Shown piece after piece: positions 36,434 through 50,029 of a DNA stretch of 64,000 bases. The notes beneath the pieces were generated by a model. It saw only the letters and a program-made list of their open reading frames with translations. It searched no databases and had not been told where the DNA came from. The stretch lies in assembly GCF_032191835.1 (NCBI RefSeq), contig NC_083230.1, positions 65,968,001 to 66,032,000 on the forward strand. The letters are read 5' to 3'. Every line of letters begins with the position of its first letter. Position 1 is the first letter of the stretch. Position numbers and translations under genes: made by a program. This DNA comes from Heteronotia binoei. Lineage: Eukaryota.

Positions 36434-37468
36434 CAGTATGTCACAGAAGTGAGTACACCCCCTCACAGTTTGTAAATATTTAAGTATATCTTTTCATGTG
36501 ACAACACTGAAGAAATGACACTTGTCTACAATGTAAAGTAGTGAGTCTACAGCTTGTATAACAGTGTAAATGTGTTGTCCCCTCAAAATTATGCAACACA
36601 CAGCCATTAATGTCTAAACTGCTGGCAACAAAAGTGAGTACACCCCTAAATGATAATGTCCAAATGGGGCCCAAAGTGTCAATATTTTATGTGGCCACCA
36701 TTATTTTCCAGCACTGCCTTAACCCTCTTGGGCATAGAGTTCACCAGAGCTTCACAGGTTGCCACTGGAGTCCTCTTCCACTCCTCCATGACGACGTCAC
36801 CTTCCATTTCAGGATGCTCCACAGATGCTCAATAGGGTTTAGGTCTGGAGACATGCTTGGCCAGTCCGTCACCTTTACCCTCAGCTTCTTTAGCAAGACG
36901 GTGGTCGTTTTGTAGGTGTGTTTGGGGTCATCATCATCTTGGAATACTGCCCTGCGGCCCAGTCTCCAAAGGGAGGGGATCATGCTCTGCTTCAGTATGT
37001 CACAGTACATGTTGGCATTCATGGTTCCCTCAATGAACTGTAGCTCCCCAGTGCCGGAGCATCTATGGGGCATCCTGAAACGGAAGGTGGAGGTGCGCAA
37101 AGTCTCTAACATCCACCAGCTACATGACGTCGTCATGGAGGAATGGAAGAGGACTCCAGTGGCAATCTGTTAAGCTCTGGTGAACTCTATGCCCAAGAGG
37201 GTTAAGGCAGTGCTGGAAAATAATGGTGGCCACACAAAATATTGATACTTTGGGCCCCATATGGACACTTTTGTTGCCAGCAGTTTAGACATTAATGGCT
37301 GTGTGTTGCGTAATTTTGAGAGGACAGCACATTTACACTGTTATACAAGCTGTAGACTCACTGCTTTACATTGTAGCCAAGTGTCATTTCTTCAGTGTTG
37401 TCACATGAAAAGATATACTTAAATATTTACAAAATGTGAGGGGGTGTACTCACTTCTGTGACATACTG
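36434..37468. mobile_element. Tc1/mariner (IR/DR type) non-autonomous element made of two transposase 3' ends in opposite orientation; TA TSDs
   Basis: TA|CAGTATGTCACAGAAGTGAGTACACCCC ... GGGGTGTACTCACTTCTGTGACATACTG|TA; WPSMSPDLNPIEHLW on minus, EHLWGILKRKV on plus. Confidence 0.92.
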
Positions 37469-38284
37469 TATACCTGCTGTAGTTTGCCCTTCTATTGATT
37501 CCTTCTGTTAAGCTGGAGCTAGTCTGTGATCCTGGTTTTGCTCTTGTGCTTCTCCTTGTCCTTTGAGCACCCTCTTCTCTTGGAGTCACGGCTATTATCC
37601 AAGTTCTCTTATGAAGACTCACTACTGTAACAGTCCTTTCTGAACCTTCCTGGCCTTCTTTCAACCACTGCCTGTCTTCTCCCACTACTCAATGCCATCT
37701 CTAATCTTTGCCCTTGTTGTCTATACATAATGCAGGTTACAAGCATCTGGATAATGACTGGTAAAATCACAAAATAGCAGTAGAGATCCGGGTTCAAATC
37801 CCAGTTCTGACATAAAGTACATTGGGTGATCTTTTCAGTCTTACCTCACAGGGTGGTTGTGAGGGTAAAATAGAGAGAGAGATTATCATGTAGCCACCCC
37901 TCTTTGAATTCCTTGGAGAAAAGGTGAAATAAAAATATAGATGTAGGGTAGTATTAGCGGTGTTTGAGCTAGTGAGTTGTATGTCATACAGCAGGATAGA
38001 AATAATGTGTATACATTTGCATTACTTTCTCCAAATGCAACTGCTACTATTGTAATGTCTAAAAGATTGTGCTAACATTTTTCCAAGTGCTGGGTTTCTC
38101 CTCCAGGGAGGTGCTAAATATGAGTGATGTATAAATCAGGTAGGGGGTGACCTGCAAAAACAAGGAATTTAGTTTAAATTAAGACTGGTATATATGTGGA
38201 GATGTTTTCAGCCAGTAGCTGACTGGAAATGTTAAAATGGCATAAAGTATGTTTTTCACCTCTTTCTGCCTTATTTTGCAACAG

Positions 38285-38405
38285 TGTGCTAAGAAAACTA
38301 TCCTGGGTGTTTCTGTCTCTGGTACTGTTCATTCATGCCTTAAAAACGCTGCAGAGGAACTGGGATTGGGAATCTGAGTATACATTGTTCATATCAGCTT
38401 TAAAG
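38285..38405 (+). CDS. TMTC3: TMTC3 exon 9 (VLRKLSW...[17 protein letters not shown])
   Basis: caacag|TGTG...TTAAAG|gtacaa; 121 nt. Confidence 0.96.
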
Positions 38406-38802
38406 GTACAACTTTGCTTCATTCACATTCTCATTGCTATTCAAGATGAATGACAGAATTATAAAAAAAAAACAATACAATACATTTCAGTATGATACGT
38501 ATAATACTGCAGTAAAACTGGAATTGAGTAGCAATAAGCAGTGCAATAAACTTTGTGTAAAAAAAAAAAAGCCCTCCTGGCCATTTCTTTTTTACACAGA
38601 ATTGTGAGTTACACAGAATCCTGGCTTTTTAGATAGGCTGTTCCCCAAGATAGGATCCAAAATAGAGGGTGCTTGGGTGCAAGCAGTTGTTTCCTTACCT
38701 TTTTACATGGTGGCATCTTCAGAAGGTTTTGCTCAGATTAACACAGCTGTATTAAAATCTAATTTTTATAAGGTGAAAGGATTGACAAGTAGCTTCTTTG
38801 TC

Positions 38803-39072
38803 AGTTTGGTGTAGTGGTTAAGTGTGTGAGAACCGGGTTTGGAGAACTGGGTTTGATTCCCCACTCCTCCACTTGCACCTGCTAGGATGGCCTTGGGTCA
38901 GCCATTGCTCTGGCAGAGGTTGTCCTTGAAAGGGCAGCTGCTGTGAGAGCCCTTTCTAGCCCCACCCACCTCACAGGGTGCCTGTTGTGGGGGAGGAAGG
39001 TAAAGGAGATTGTGAGCCGCTCTGAGACTCTTCGGAGTGGAGGACAGGATATAAATTCAATATCATCATCAT
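38803..39072 (+). mobile_element. Squam3-like SINE
   Basis: CAGTTTGGTGTAGTGGTTAAG head; (CAT)n tail. Confidence 0.85.
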
Positions 39073-39139
39073 CTTCAGTTTTTTCAGCAAATAAAACAAA
39101 ATTTATTTTGCCCCTTGAAGGCTAGCAACATCTATTTCT

Positions 39140-39470
39140 GAATTTGAAAAAGTGTGTGTGCACATGAAAGCTCATATCCATACTAAAACTTCGTTAGTCA
39201 CTGGACTCAAACTTTGATCTACTGCTTCAGACCAACACATCTACCCACCTGAATCAACATTTATTTCAATACAAACACTTGAACTTGCCTGAACCCTTTT
39301 TGGAGATGCCAGGGATTGAACCTGGGACCTTCTGCTTACCAAGCAGATGCTCTACCACTGAGCCACCGTCCCTCCCCAAATGTAAATGTTTAGGGTATCT
39401 GAAGAAGTGTGACTCACAAAAACATATAGAAATAAATGTGGCTAGTCTTTAAGGTACCACTGGAGTTTTG
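39140..39470 (+). mobile_element. Two degraded PLE termini flanking a minus-strand Squam2-like fragment (39295-39377)
   Basis: GAAAGCTCATA...ACTGCTTCAGACCAAC and CTGAAGAAGTG...TCTTTAAGGTACCAC. Confidence 0.6.
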
Positions 39471-39969
39471 TTTTGCAATAACCACTCTTGAACTAGACAA
39501 AGCTAATTTAACTTTAAAATTGGAGAGAGAATAAAAGAAAAGTCAGAATTTGTACTTCATAATGGCTATTTTCCCCTCTACCATAGTGGTGCATAATTTT
39601 CCCAAGCCATATGGTATAGTGGTCAGTGTCCTGCTGGTACCAGAGAGCTGTGCATTCAGATCCCTGTCCAGCAATAAAGTTCACTGAGTGACCTTGGGGC
39701 AGTCAGTCGCTGTTTCTCTCAATAATGATGTGAGAATAAAACAGATAGAGACAACCGTGGACATTCTCCTAAGTTCCACAGAGAAACAGCAGGAATAGAT
39801 AAATGAGCTAGATAAACAGGTAATATCTCTTGATTTCAACAGATTGGTAAATGGTCTGTGGGACTGATGAAGACATGGGGAATGCGTTTTTATATTTTTT
39901 TAGATGTATCTCTTAGATTTGAATGTTGTGGTGTTTGATATACTCTATGTTTGTTTTTGTTGTAATCAG

Positions 39970-40081
39970 GTAAATAAGAATAATGCCAAACTTTGGAACA
40001 ATGTAGGTCATGCTTTAGAAAATGAGAAGAACTTTGAGCAAGCGTTGAGATTCTTCATACAAGCCACTCAGGTTCAGCCAG
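39970..40081 (+). CDS. TMTC3: TMTC3 exon 10 ([19 protein letters not shown]...; first TPR)
   Basis: aatcag|GTAAAT...CCAG|gtgagt; 112 nt. Confidence 0.97.
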
Positions 40082-41724
40082 GTGAGTTGGAAACAATTGT
40101 CTGGAGTGATTAGCCAAGGCATAGAGCTTGTGCTAGAACAAGATACTGTTCTTGCACAGCGAGCCTGCAGATATTAACCCTTGCATAATGCAGAAAAATA
40201 TACGGATCCTTAACATGAAACAGTACGTATACATGCAGCTTGCTAATTCTGTATTGTCAAATGACTGCAAATCAGCAACAGCAGTGCAGTTTCAAAAACC
40301 TATGAAAGGGGTTTTCTCTATTAAGCTACTGTAATGTTAGTATTTAAATGTTGTTCCTCTTAACAAAACCATGGCACAAACAAATTAGATTTGCAGCTGG
40401 CACAATACACTCTTCTATCAATTACGATATCTGAGATCCTAATGCATGTATTCAAAGAACTGTTTATAGTTACGCTCATTACCTGCAAAGTGTATTAGGT
40501 TACACTCAAGCATATCAACTTCTCTGGATTAGTTTCAAAACAAATCTATATGCTAGATATTCTGTTAGCATTCACCCATAACTTGAATTTGAATAGTAAA
40601 ATAGGTAGAATTTAGGTCGTGGCACTGAAATTTGTCTTTTATCCAATTTCCTGGGATGTTTGATCTTGTCCTCTAGTTTGTTCTTTAAAGTTGACTTTGC
40701 CAGTTCTGAAGCATAGAGTAGAAACCAAAGGGCATAGTTTAAAAGCAAAGCAAGTTATAATTACATACAGCTGTCTACTTCTGTACAACAGACTCTCCGT
40801 ATTCTTTTTAATCTTTAGCACAGCAACACTAAGGTGCTCTGTCCCAGGTCATTTTTGGAGGAGCCACCTGCTACTTTCAGTATTTATTTACTTATTGTAG
40901 ATTCCATATGCCCTGTTAATTTCATCTATAGCAACTGCAATTTCTTCCTTGGTTGGTTTTCAAGGAAGCAAAGTGTCAGGGTCTGAAGAAACAGTAGAAT
41001 CCAAACATCCTCTTGCTGCTGTTCCTTGTGCAGTAGAGTTTGTACAGTGCCTTAGACGGGCTCTCTAGAATTCTTCCACAGTCATACCCTAAGGAACATC
41101 TTTGGTTTCAGTTTCTTACTCCCAATACTCTAGCATGAGGTGTAAAGCAGTCATTTTGTGAGAATATGACATTCTTGGCACCAGACTGAAGGACTGAACA
41201 ATAACAAGGCACTCAATATCAGATCAGTCATTGAAAGAAAATGGAATAGTTAACATCTACATTTGCTTTATTTTTAGGTTATTCACACAAAGCATGCATC
41301 TGACCAACTGCCCCCTCTTCCATTTTATGGCTAGAATCAGAACCCTGAGGTTTCCTTCATTCTCTGTTCAAAATATAGCTCATCTTAATTCATTTCCAGC
41401 CAATACAGAGAATTCCTGATTTGGAGAGAGGACTTCTCAGATGATTGAGGGAGGGGGCAAAATCTGGGTACTCTTTATATTTAAAGGCAGGTTGAGAATG
41501 CCTTTATATTTAAAGGCAGGTTTGGTGATTCTCATAAATGATCTACTCTGGAATCAGCAGCTGAATGAGGATTGGGAAAAGACCCAGGCGGGCTATGGGA
41601 TTGTGGCCAGAATTGTGTTTGTGTAGTATCTCAGTTATTACTTCTGCTATTTAGTTGTGTGCCATACAGTTACTCTTAGAAAGGGGGCAAAGATTAATCA
41701 TTTGTTTTATTAGATTAGATTTCT

Positions 41725-42452
41725 TAGAGTTTGTCCCATCCAGCCCAGGCCAGGACTCCACGGAGGGCCCCCCCTCGCTTGCCAGCCATCCACCCCCCCA
41801 CCGACACCTGGGGAGCTACCTGCAGGACCGCTGGATGCCCCCACAGCCTCACCGCCACCTACCTGGGTGTCCGGCAGCAGAGCAACAGCCCCAGCAGCAC
41901 AACTCAGCGCCCGCAGCCAGCGCGCCCGCCCTCGGGCACAGGGAGTCTGGACGCCACGCAGCGTCGAAGGAGGCCAGGGCAGGGAGGTGGAGAAGGAGCC
42001 CAGCAACAGCAGAGGAAGGGGCCGGCAGGCCGAGCCGCGGCGGCTGGCGCTGTCGTGCCCTGACGCTCCACTGGGGCCATGGAAGGCCCAGCAGCTTCAG
42101 AATGGCCCAGCCCCAGAATGCCTCCCCCCGGCGTCCGAGCTTATGAATGGGGGCGGAACCAGAAAGGGGTGGGACCCGGGGAGCGGGGAGTGAACTGGCA
42201 GAGGGATAAAAGGAAGAGGGACAAGAGGTCGGGGAAGAAGCTGGCTGATGGAAAAAGGGGCTGCCAACTGAGAGGGAGAGGAGCCCACCCACAGCCGGAG
42301 GGGAAAGGGCGCCTGAGGTGCAGTAACCTGGCTCCCTCCCCTAATTCTGAGATCTCAGGGGGACACCCCCACAAATCCCAAATGGGGGTGGTCCAGGCAG
42401 AGGGGCGACGGCTGCACCAGGGGTCATGAGGGGCGCCCAGGGCACGACAGGG
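41725..42452. other. GC/CpG-rich intronic segment of unknown origin, probably TE-derived
   Basis: Abrupt compositional shift; 13-bp inverted motif CTGTCGTGCCCTG / CAGGGCACGACAG; abuts an L1 tail. Confidence 0.45.
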
Positions 42453-42454
42453 AT

Positions 42455-43100
42455 TTTTTCCAAATTTAAACTTTTATTAAAACATATAAGTCATACAGAG
42501 TTCACAGTCTGTTATTGACATAGCTTATAAATCCATCAATAAGTCATATATAGATTGCAACAAAAAACAAAACTTAACACTGGATCAGAGCAATACTTAT
42601 AAGTATCATGTTTTACACCTTTAGTTCTAATACAGTTGATACCTTGTTAGAAATAAACCTTTTGTATTTTGGAGGCAATTTACAGTATGAAAGTGTGGAA
42701 CTTTCCAAAAATTCAAAGAAACAGAACCAACATTCCACAAAGTCATTATTATACTGAGGAGTGTCATATTGTTTAATTTGTGAGACCAGTTTGTCAGCAA
42801 CTAGTATGTCCCATACTTTCAAAAACCAGTTTGTAATATTAAACTTTGCAGAGTTTTTCCAGTTAGATGCAATTACAAATGTAGCAGCCAAAATAAGTGA
42901 ACCTGCAAGTTCTTTTTTAGTTTGAGATAGTTTTACTGAAGACCAGTCATCTAGCAGTATTAATTCTGGTTTTCTAGGGAGTGAAATATTCAGAATACTA
43001 TCAACGGTTTGTAAAACTGATTCCCAAAACTCCTGTACATAGGGGCACTCCCAGCAGCAATGGTTAAATGAGCCTATCTGTTTGAATGACTTACAACAAA
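42455..43100 (-). mobile_element. L1 3' fragment from a different subfamily than 5484-6825
   Basis: HCCWECPYVQEFW...LILAATFVIASNWK...; AATAAA and an A-rich end on the minus strand. Confidence 0.75.
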
Positions 43101-43838
43101 AAAGAAACAAATAATTTGGTTAATTTTTTTAAAATACAATTAAAAATAATACAGTTGTTGAGATGGCAATAAAAAATATTTCCAAAGACTGACAAGGCGG
43201 GAGGGGTAGCAGAGGGTGGGGAAAATATGAGAGTGCTGGATTGTCTGTGCCATCGCTGCCCTCAACTAAATGCCAGGCAGAACATCTCTGCCTTATATGC
43301 CCTACTGAAATATAATAAGTCCTGCAGGGGTTAGTAATGGGAAAAAATACGGAATGCAAGAAAGGAAAAGGATCTGCCAAAGTTCTTCCAAAGTGGATTT
43401 TGATTAGCAAGTACTTGATAGCGGAAAGTGCTATCAAGTGCTATTCAGGGCATGAACAGAGGTGGTTTGCTATTGCCTGAGCCTTGTTAAATATATTATA
43501 GTAATTCTAGTTGTGGACTCTCACCACATACGAAGTTATTGCATTGGCAAGTGGCCATGTCTGCCAAAGTGCAAATCATGCAGAATGACAAGTTTAAAAT
43601 GGTCCATATTAAAAAGGGTTTTTTGTAGTGACTTAGCTTCTGTTTATCTTACAACTGAAAGTGATAATTGGGAAAGTCTGTGGTGCCATCTTTACTTTCC
43701 TTTCAGAGGATGAACTTGCCCTTTAATATTTCATGACATGGTACTTAAGATTATAATAACTATTCACTGTTATTTCTCAGGTCAGAGAAAGATTTTTAGG
43801 AAAAAAATGAAATACATGTCTTTTTTCCCTCCCTGTAA

Positions 43839-43979
<141 letters not shown>

Positions 43980-44510
43980 TAAAACTTTCAGTAGAATAAT
44001 AGGCAGTTAATATTAAAAACAATATCTAATCTTTTTTCTCATTAGTAGTTTGAAACAGCTACAGACTTAATGCTATCTTAAGGACTTTTCTGAAATTTCA
44101 AAGAACTCTCATCTGCTTTGCTTTTTATTTTTTTATTATTTTATTTATTTTTAATTTTTATTAATTTATTAAAAGTGGACAATATAACAAAATTTCCAAC
44201 AAATGGAGCCCCTGCAAAAAAAAATTACATTCCTCTATTTTTCTATTGTTTTCCTTAACAAGTATGTGGCCCAGAAACTTCTAAAGAATAAAAGCCATAA
44301 GTGATCCTATATGACCTGTAGGTCTTGCATTGCTTCAGTAGAATATTTGCTTTCTGTTGTAACAAAATTTGTCCTCCGTTCAGAATAGCCATTTTGTAGA
44401 CTTTCCAATTTTAAAACTGTTGGGGGGCATGGGAGAAAACCCTGTTCAGTACAAGTTTTTGTAGCTGTACTTCAATGCACTTCTGATTTAGTAACCTCTA
44501 GCTGATATAG

Positions 44511-44831
<321 letters not shown>

Positions 44832-46966
44832 TGATGGTTTTTAAACAGGACCATGGAATCCTGTTCCTTGTTTACCTCTCAAAAGCCCAAGTCCTTGTCT
44901 AATATCAAAGCAGCACAGGTGCCATGTAACTCATAGCTTGCCTGATTACCAGCAACCAGGAAGGCTTATAGACGCTTGAACAACCCATCTTACAACTTTT
45001 GTGTCAGATGCCTATAGCACTTGTAGATATCATCTGGTGGCTGATGACCACCCCGCCCTCCAGCTTTATTTACAAGCTGCTAGTTTTTCCATCCCACATT
45101 AACTCTCAGGCCTTCCCAGAAGAACACCCGGGAATTGTTAGTAATACCACTCAGATCTCTGTTAATATTGCTGTACAACACGGACTGCAAGATAATTGTG
45201 TTTGGTAAGTTCCCAAGAAACCAGAAAGTGGTAGCTTGGTGGAAAATGCTCACAGAGCCATCTCTCCCAGTACCTTAATGGGATTTTGACAGCTTACCAT
45301 GGACAGCTTTCATCTGATGGAGCCTATTAAATGCCTTTTCAAGTCCCTAGTTGCCCTGCTATAACAAGACAACAGTGGCATTGCTAGGAAAATGTCAGTA
45401 TATCCTTAGGTATGCTATATTCTGACTGTATCCACTGCTACCTACAAATTTTTTCTAGGGCATATCTCAGACATAAGATACCAAACAATCCAGTGTTTTA
45501 TCCCACCCTTCTACTATGGAGGAGCTCAGGCTGGTGTACAAATCTCCCTTCTTCCTTTATTATTCTTACCCTGTGAGGTAGGTTAAGTTTAGATGGTGAC
45601 TTGCCCAGTGAGATTCTTGACAAAATTATTTATTGCAACTAGACCTGAACCTCACTTCATAACATGGCAAAAGGTGCTTAAAGGTTACCTTAACCTATAT
45701 CAAGGATGTTTTCAAGTTTTGCCAAGGTACTCTGAGCCCTTTTTACCTCTGCCAACTCCTATGACAAGAGGCTTGTGCTTGAGCAAGTGCATAGACTTTA
45801 CAGGTTCAGGTTCAAAGACACCAGAACTAGAACCTTATCCCCATCTTTCCTGAGTCTACAGGAAAAGTAATTGAATTAGTCATCTACATAGACATTTAGG
45901 TTAAGCCTAAACAAAAATTTCATCTCTCTATACAGCCATACATCATTTGTCCTATTAGAGTCTGGAAAGAGAGATACATGTTTAAAGCAATAGATAGCAT
46001 AACTGCTTACAGTTTTGATTTCCTTTAGGCATATTACCAGGTACATTGAAAGAAGAGTTTCCTCTACTACATAATTTGGGCCCAATTGCAGTTCTTCTTG
46101 GAGGACTTGCTGCAGACTCCCAGTCTTGCTTCAGAGCTGGTTTTCTCCTGGAGACAATTTAGATATCAAGAGAAGTAACGGGTTGGGGATGTACTATTAA
46201 AAGGGCCACCTAGGTACTTCTTCCAGTCAACCATAACAAGAGAAAACAGAAGAGCCTTGTGGCACTTGAAAGGCTAAATGTGACATGAGCTTTCAAAAGA
46301 GACACCATGAGAGTAGAACAGCAGAGGCTTTCTCTGAATGCGGAGGTTAACCTCAGTCACCATGGCTAGAAGTCACTGAAATGGATGTCTCCAGCAAAGT
46401 GGCTGCAATAAGTGTCTGAATCCCAGTGCCAGGAGACAACATCAGGGGAAGGTCTTAGCCTCTATGTCCTGTCTTTGTTCTGCCAAAGAAATTGGCTGGC
46501 CACTGTGTTTGACAAGATGCTGGATTAGGTAGAATAGTGGTCGGATCCAGCAGGGCTCTTATTGTGATCTTAAGAAAAGTACAGTTGTGAACTGCTGATG
46601 CTGCCATCTGTGTACTGTGTTGTGTGCTGCTCTTCCTTCCTGGCACTTTTCTCTGGTTGTTCTGTTGCTAATGGAGTTCTGGGTTTCTCTCTAGGATAGC
46701 CTAGCTGAAGTCCTATATTCAGCAGTGTGCCCTTTTCTTTATCCTAGGAAGGGTAGTCTAGCAAAAAGTGCTTTTACCCTCTACCCAGCATCCTGTGAAT
46801 TGACACTGTTATAGAGCCAGAATTATTCCCACACCTTTCTCTGGCTCCTTGTTCTCACCATAGTACAACTGGTACAGTACTTTCAGTTTTATATGCTGTT
46901 TGCACCAGATAAATATCAAACAGTAAGTAGATGAGTGGGGGGAAAATAACTTTGATTTTTCAACAG

Positions 46967-47193
46967 GGGTGAATTGCTTCTAAAAATGAACAAACCGATG
47001 CAAGCTAAGGAAGCTTACCTTAGAGCCCTTGAACTGGATCGGAACAATGCAGATCTGTGGTATAACTTGGCAATTGTTTACATTGAACTGAAAGATCCAA
47101 CAGAAGCTCTGAACAACTTCAACAGGGCATTAGAACTCAATCCCAATCATAAATTGGCGCTGTTTAATTCCGCGCTGCTAATGCAAGAATCTG
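46967..47193 (+). CDS. TMTC3: TMTC3 exon 13 ([10 protein letters not shown]...ALLMQES; TPRs)
   Basis: caacag|GGGTGAA...TCTG|gtatgt; 227 nt. Confidence 0.97.
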
Positions 47194-47739
47194 GTATGTT
47201 GGTTCAGGTACAGCTCATATGTATGTCAAGTATTTTATAACATGCTGAGGTTAACATCTTACATTTTGTATTTGCCCATAGAGTACATTTGTATAAGGTG
47301 TGCCTGTCTTTGAAGGGTCATATTGTAGAAATCTGTATATATAATAGCAAAGTCTGGCCCTCATCTGTAGATATCTAAATCTGTGGTTCAGGGCAAATGA
47401 CACTAAAAAAGATTTTTATGCAAACTTGGGGGGGATTCCCCCAGGTTTGCAGAAAAATCTGAAATAGCAAACAAAAAAATACATTGGAGGGGGGTAAATT
47501 CCCTCCCCCAAAAAACAGCATTGTACTTACCTATAGAGCTGGCAACTGCCATGGCAAAGGAGGCTTTCCACTTGCCACAGTGCTAGAGGACACTGAGAGG
47601 CTCTCCAAGCCCGGCCACCATAGTGCCTCAGGATGTCCAGAGAGCCTGGAGCTGCTCCTGGCTTGGCAATAGGGAAGCGGCTGCAGGCCCAGAGCAGCTT
47701 CCTTGCACCACTGCTACCGCAGCCAGTAATAGGGGAGGA

Positions 47740-48110
47740 GAAATAGTGCGGGAGTTAGGTTGATAAAGAAGTGGAGGGGAAGATTGACATGGAGGCAGTG
47801 GGAAGCAAAAGAGGGGATAGGTTGACAGAGAAGGGGAAGGAAAGAAATAGGAGCAGGATGACAGGGGAGGGAGAGATTGATAGAAAGGGCTGGAGGGCAA
47901 AACTGGAGTAGGCTGACATAAAGGGGGAAGAGAGGGAGGAGGGTTGTCAGAGAAGGGGAGGGGGAAAAGAATAGTGATAGACTGAGAAGGGAAGGAGAAA
48001 TGGAAAGGGGTGTAAGTTAACAGAGAAGAAAAGGGGGAAGAAAGAGAGCCAAGTTTGTTAGAGAAGGGGAGAGAGGGAAGGAAGCAAAGGGGGAAGGGAA
48101 AATTCACAAG
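47740..48110 (+). repeat. Purine-rich low-complexity tract, probably inside a non-autonomous TE (about 47430-48140)
   Basis: About 370 nt strongly dominated by G/A on the plus strand. Confidence 0.6.
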
Positions 48111-49011
48111 TTTCTTGCAGGTTCTCCCCACTTGTATTTACTAAACCACTTAAATATCCATGGCCAAAGCAGTATCTGTACTTAAATCTAAAACCTAAGT
48201 AACAATTCTAAGGGATTTATAACTCTTAATTAACTGCTGCAGTTGTTCAAATATAGAGAGTATTTTTGGCTATATGTGTTTACTAATGACAATTTATATT
48301 GTGTGCATGTGTGATTCTGTTCAATTTTGGAGACTGGGAATTGGATCCAAAATTTCATTAGGCAGAGTTCTACTCATAGAATGGAACTTTCCTGCCCCCC
48401 CCCCCCACTCAAGCTTCAGCCCAGAGACAGTGCCCTTTCTCCAGGTGCTGGGAAGTAACAGTAACAGTGCTAGCTGTAGTGTTAGGGTTTACAGTAGGAG
48501 GCAGAATTGACAGAGATCACTCCCTGTCCTCTGCCAAGGGAAAAGCCCTGCTATAAATCACACAAATGTCTTTGTATTGTATAAGATACCACACTTGTGG
48601 CATAAATTGCTCAATTTTACTTTGGATCATTAGACTTTAGACTTTATTTACATGATGAGTTTCAATATTAATATGTATTTTATTTTCTACTGAATTTTAG
48701 TTAGATATAGGCAAGATAAGCCTAGGATTTATTTATAAAAGTATATGGCAAAGTCAGATTAATAGTTTAATTGCACTGGAGACACTATGCTAAATTAACG
48801 TCCAAAATATCGTTGGAATGTCCAACACATATAGCTAAGGTAGGCTTTATTTTGTATTAAAACTGGAGAATATTTGTATAGATGTGGTCTTATGTCCCAT
48901 ACATGTGCATATAATAGCTTTGAAATTCTTATTTAAAAAAATATACTAATATACGTACTTGTATCTGTGCAACTGGAAATAAAAGCTCTAATATATCTTC
49001 CATTGCTATAG

Positions 49012-49832
49012 GCGATGCTAGGCTGAGGCCTGAAGCCAAGAAACGTCTTTTAAATTATGTAAAAGAAGAGCCTCAGGATGCAAATGGCTATTTTAATTTG
49101 GGTATGTTGGCAATGGATGACAAAAAAGATGCTGAAGCAGAGACTTGGATGAAAAAAGCCATAAAGCTACAAGCTGGCTTCCGAAGTGCTTTGTTCAATT
49201 TGGCACTACTTTATTCTCAAACTGCAAAGGAGTTGAAAGCCCTGCCAGTCCTGGAAGAGCTGCTGAGATACTACCCTGATCATACCAAAGGTTTGATTTT
49301 GAAGGGAGATATTTTGATGAACCAAAAGAAAGATATCAGAGGAGCTAAAGAGTGCTTTGAGAAAATTCTGAAAATGGATCCTAACAATGTACAAGGGAAA
49401 CACAATCTTTGTGTAGTTTATTTTGAGGAACGAGACTTATTAAAAGCAGAGAAATGTCTGGTAGAAACACTGGCCTTAGCCCCGCATGAGGAATATATCC
49501 AGCGTCATTTAAGCATCGTCCGGAGCAAAATTGCTTCGCTTGGTACAGGGGAAGCCTCTGTGATTCCCACAGAGAAAACGAAAACTGCAGAAGCGGGAAG
49601 GGCCACATTTGCAAACTTGAAAGAAGTAAAAAATGAACAGAAAAACACTCGGACCCCAGACAGTAATAATAAAAACAAAGGGGAAGGAAAAGCCAAAAAG
49701 CATGAAGAGAAAAACAACACAGACAAAGAGACAAAAAAGAAATCTACAAAAGAAATAAAAGACATAGAGAAAAAAAGAGTTGCTGCTCTGAAAAGACTCG
49801 AAGAGATTGAACGTATATTAAATGGGGAATAA
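49012..49832 (+). CDS. TMTC3: TMTC3 last coding exon (TPRs and C-terminus ...[13 protein letters not shown])
   Basis: ctatag|GCGATGCT...GAATAA; 821 nt. The 13 coding exons sum to 2754 nt (917 aa plus stop) with consistent phases. Confidence 0.98.
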
Positions 49833-50023
49833 GTTCTTGGGTCACTTTAATGCTGGGAGGTGATGCTACTTCCGATATTGTGTGTATTGAGTAAAAATGA
49901 CCACTGGGTCCTTATGAATTTGGAAAGAGCAATGGAAGCATATCATTACTTTTTTAAAAAGTGGGAAAAGGCTGTTTCTGCTATGCAAGGAAAAACTAAC
50001 CTCTTATGAAAATCATGAATTTT

Positions 50024-50029
50024 AATAAA
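50024..50029 (+). terminator. Candidate proximal TMTC3 poly(A) signal AATAAA (a further candidate at 51385-51390)
   Basis: First AATAAA after the stop codon; usage is unknown. Confidence 0.35.

Noticed and set aside
39865-39900. CTGATGA as a further hammerhead
   Set aside because: No stem II or GAAA follows it.
41655-42429. Cluster of 60-160 aa ORFs in several frames
   Set aside because: Expected from stop-codon scarcity in GC-rich DNA; low-complexity peptides.
47628-48131. 167-aa Pro/Ser/Leu/Phe-rich ORF
   Set aside because: An artefact of the purine-rich tract read on the opposite strand.
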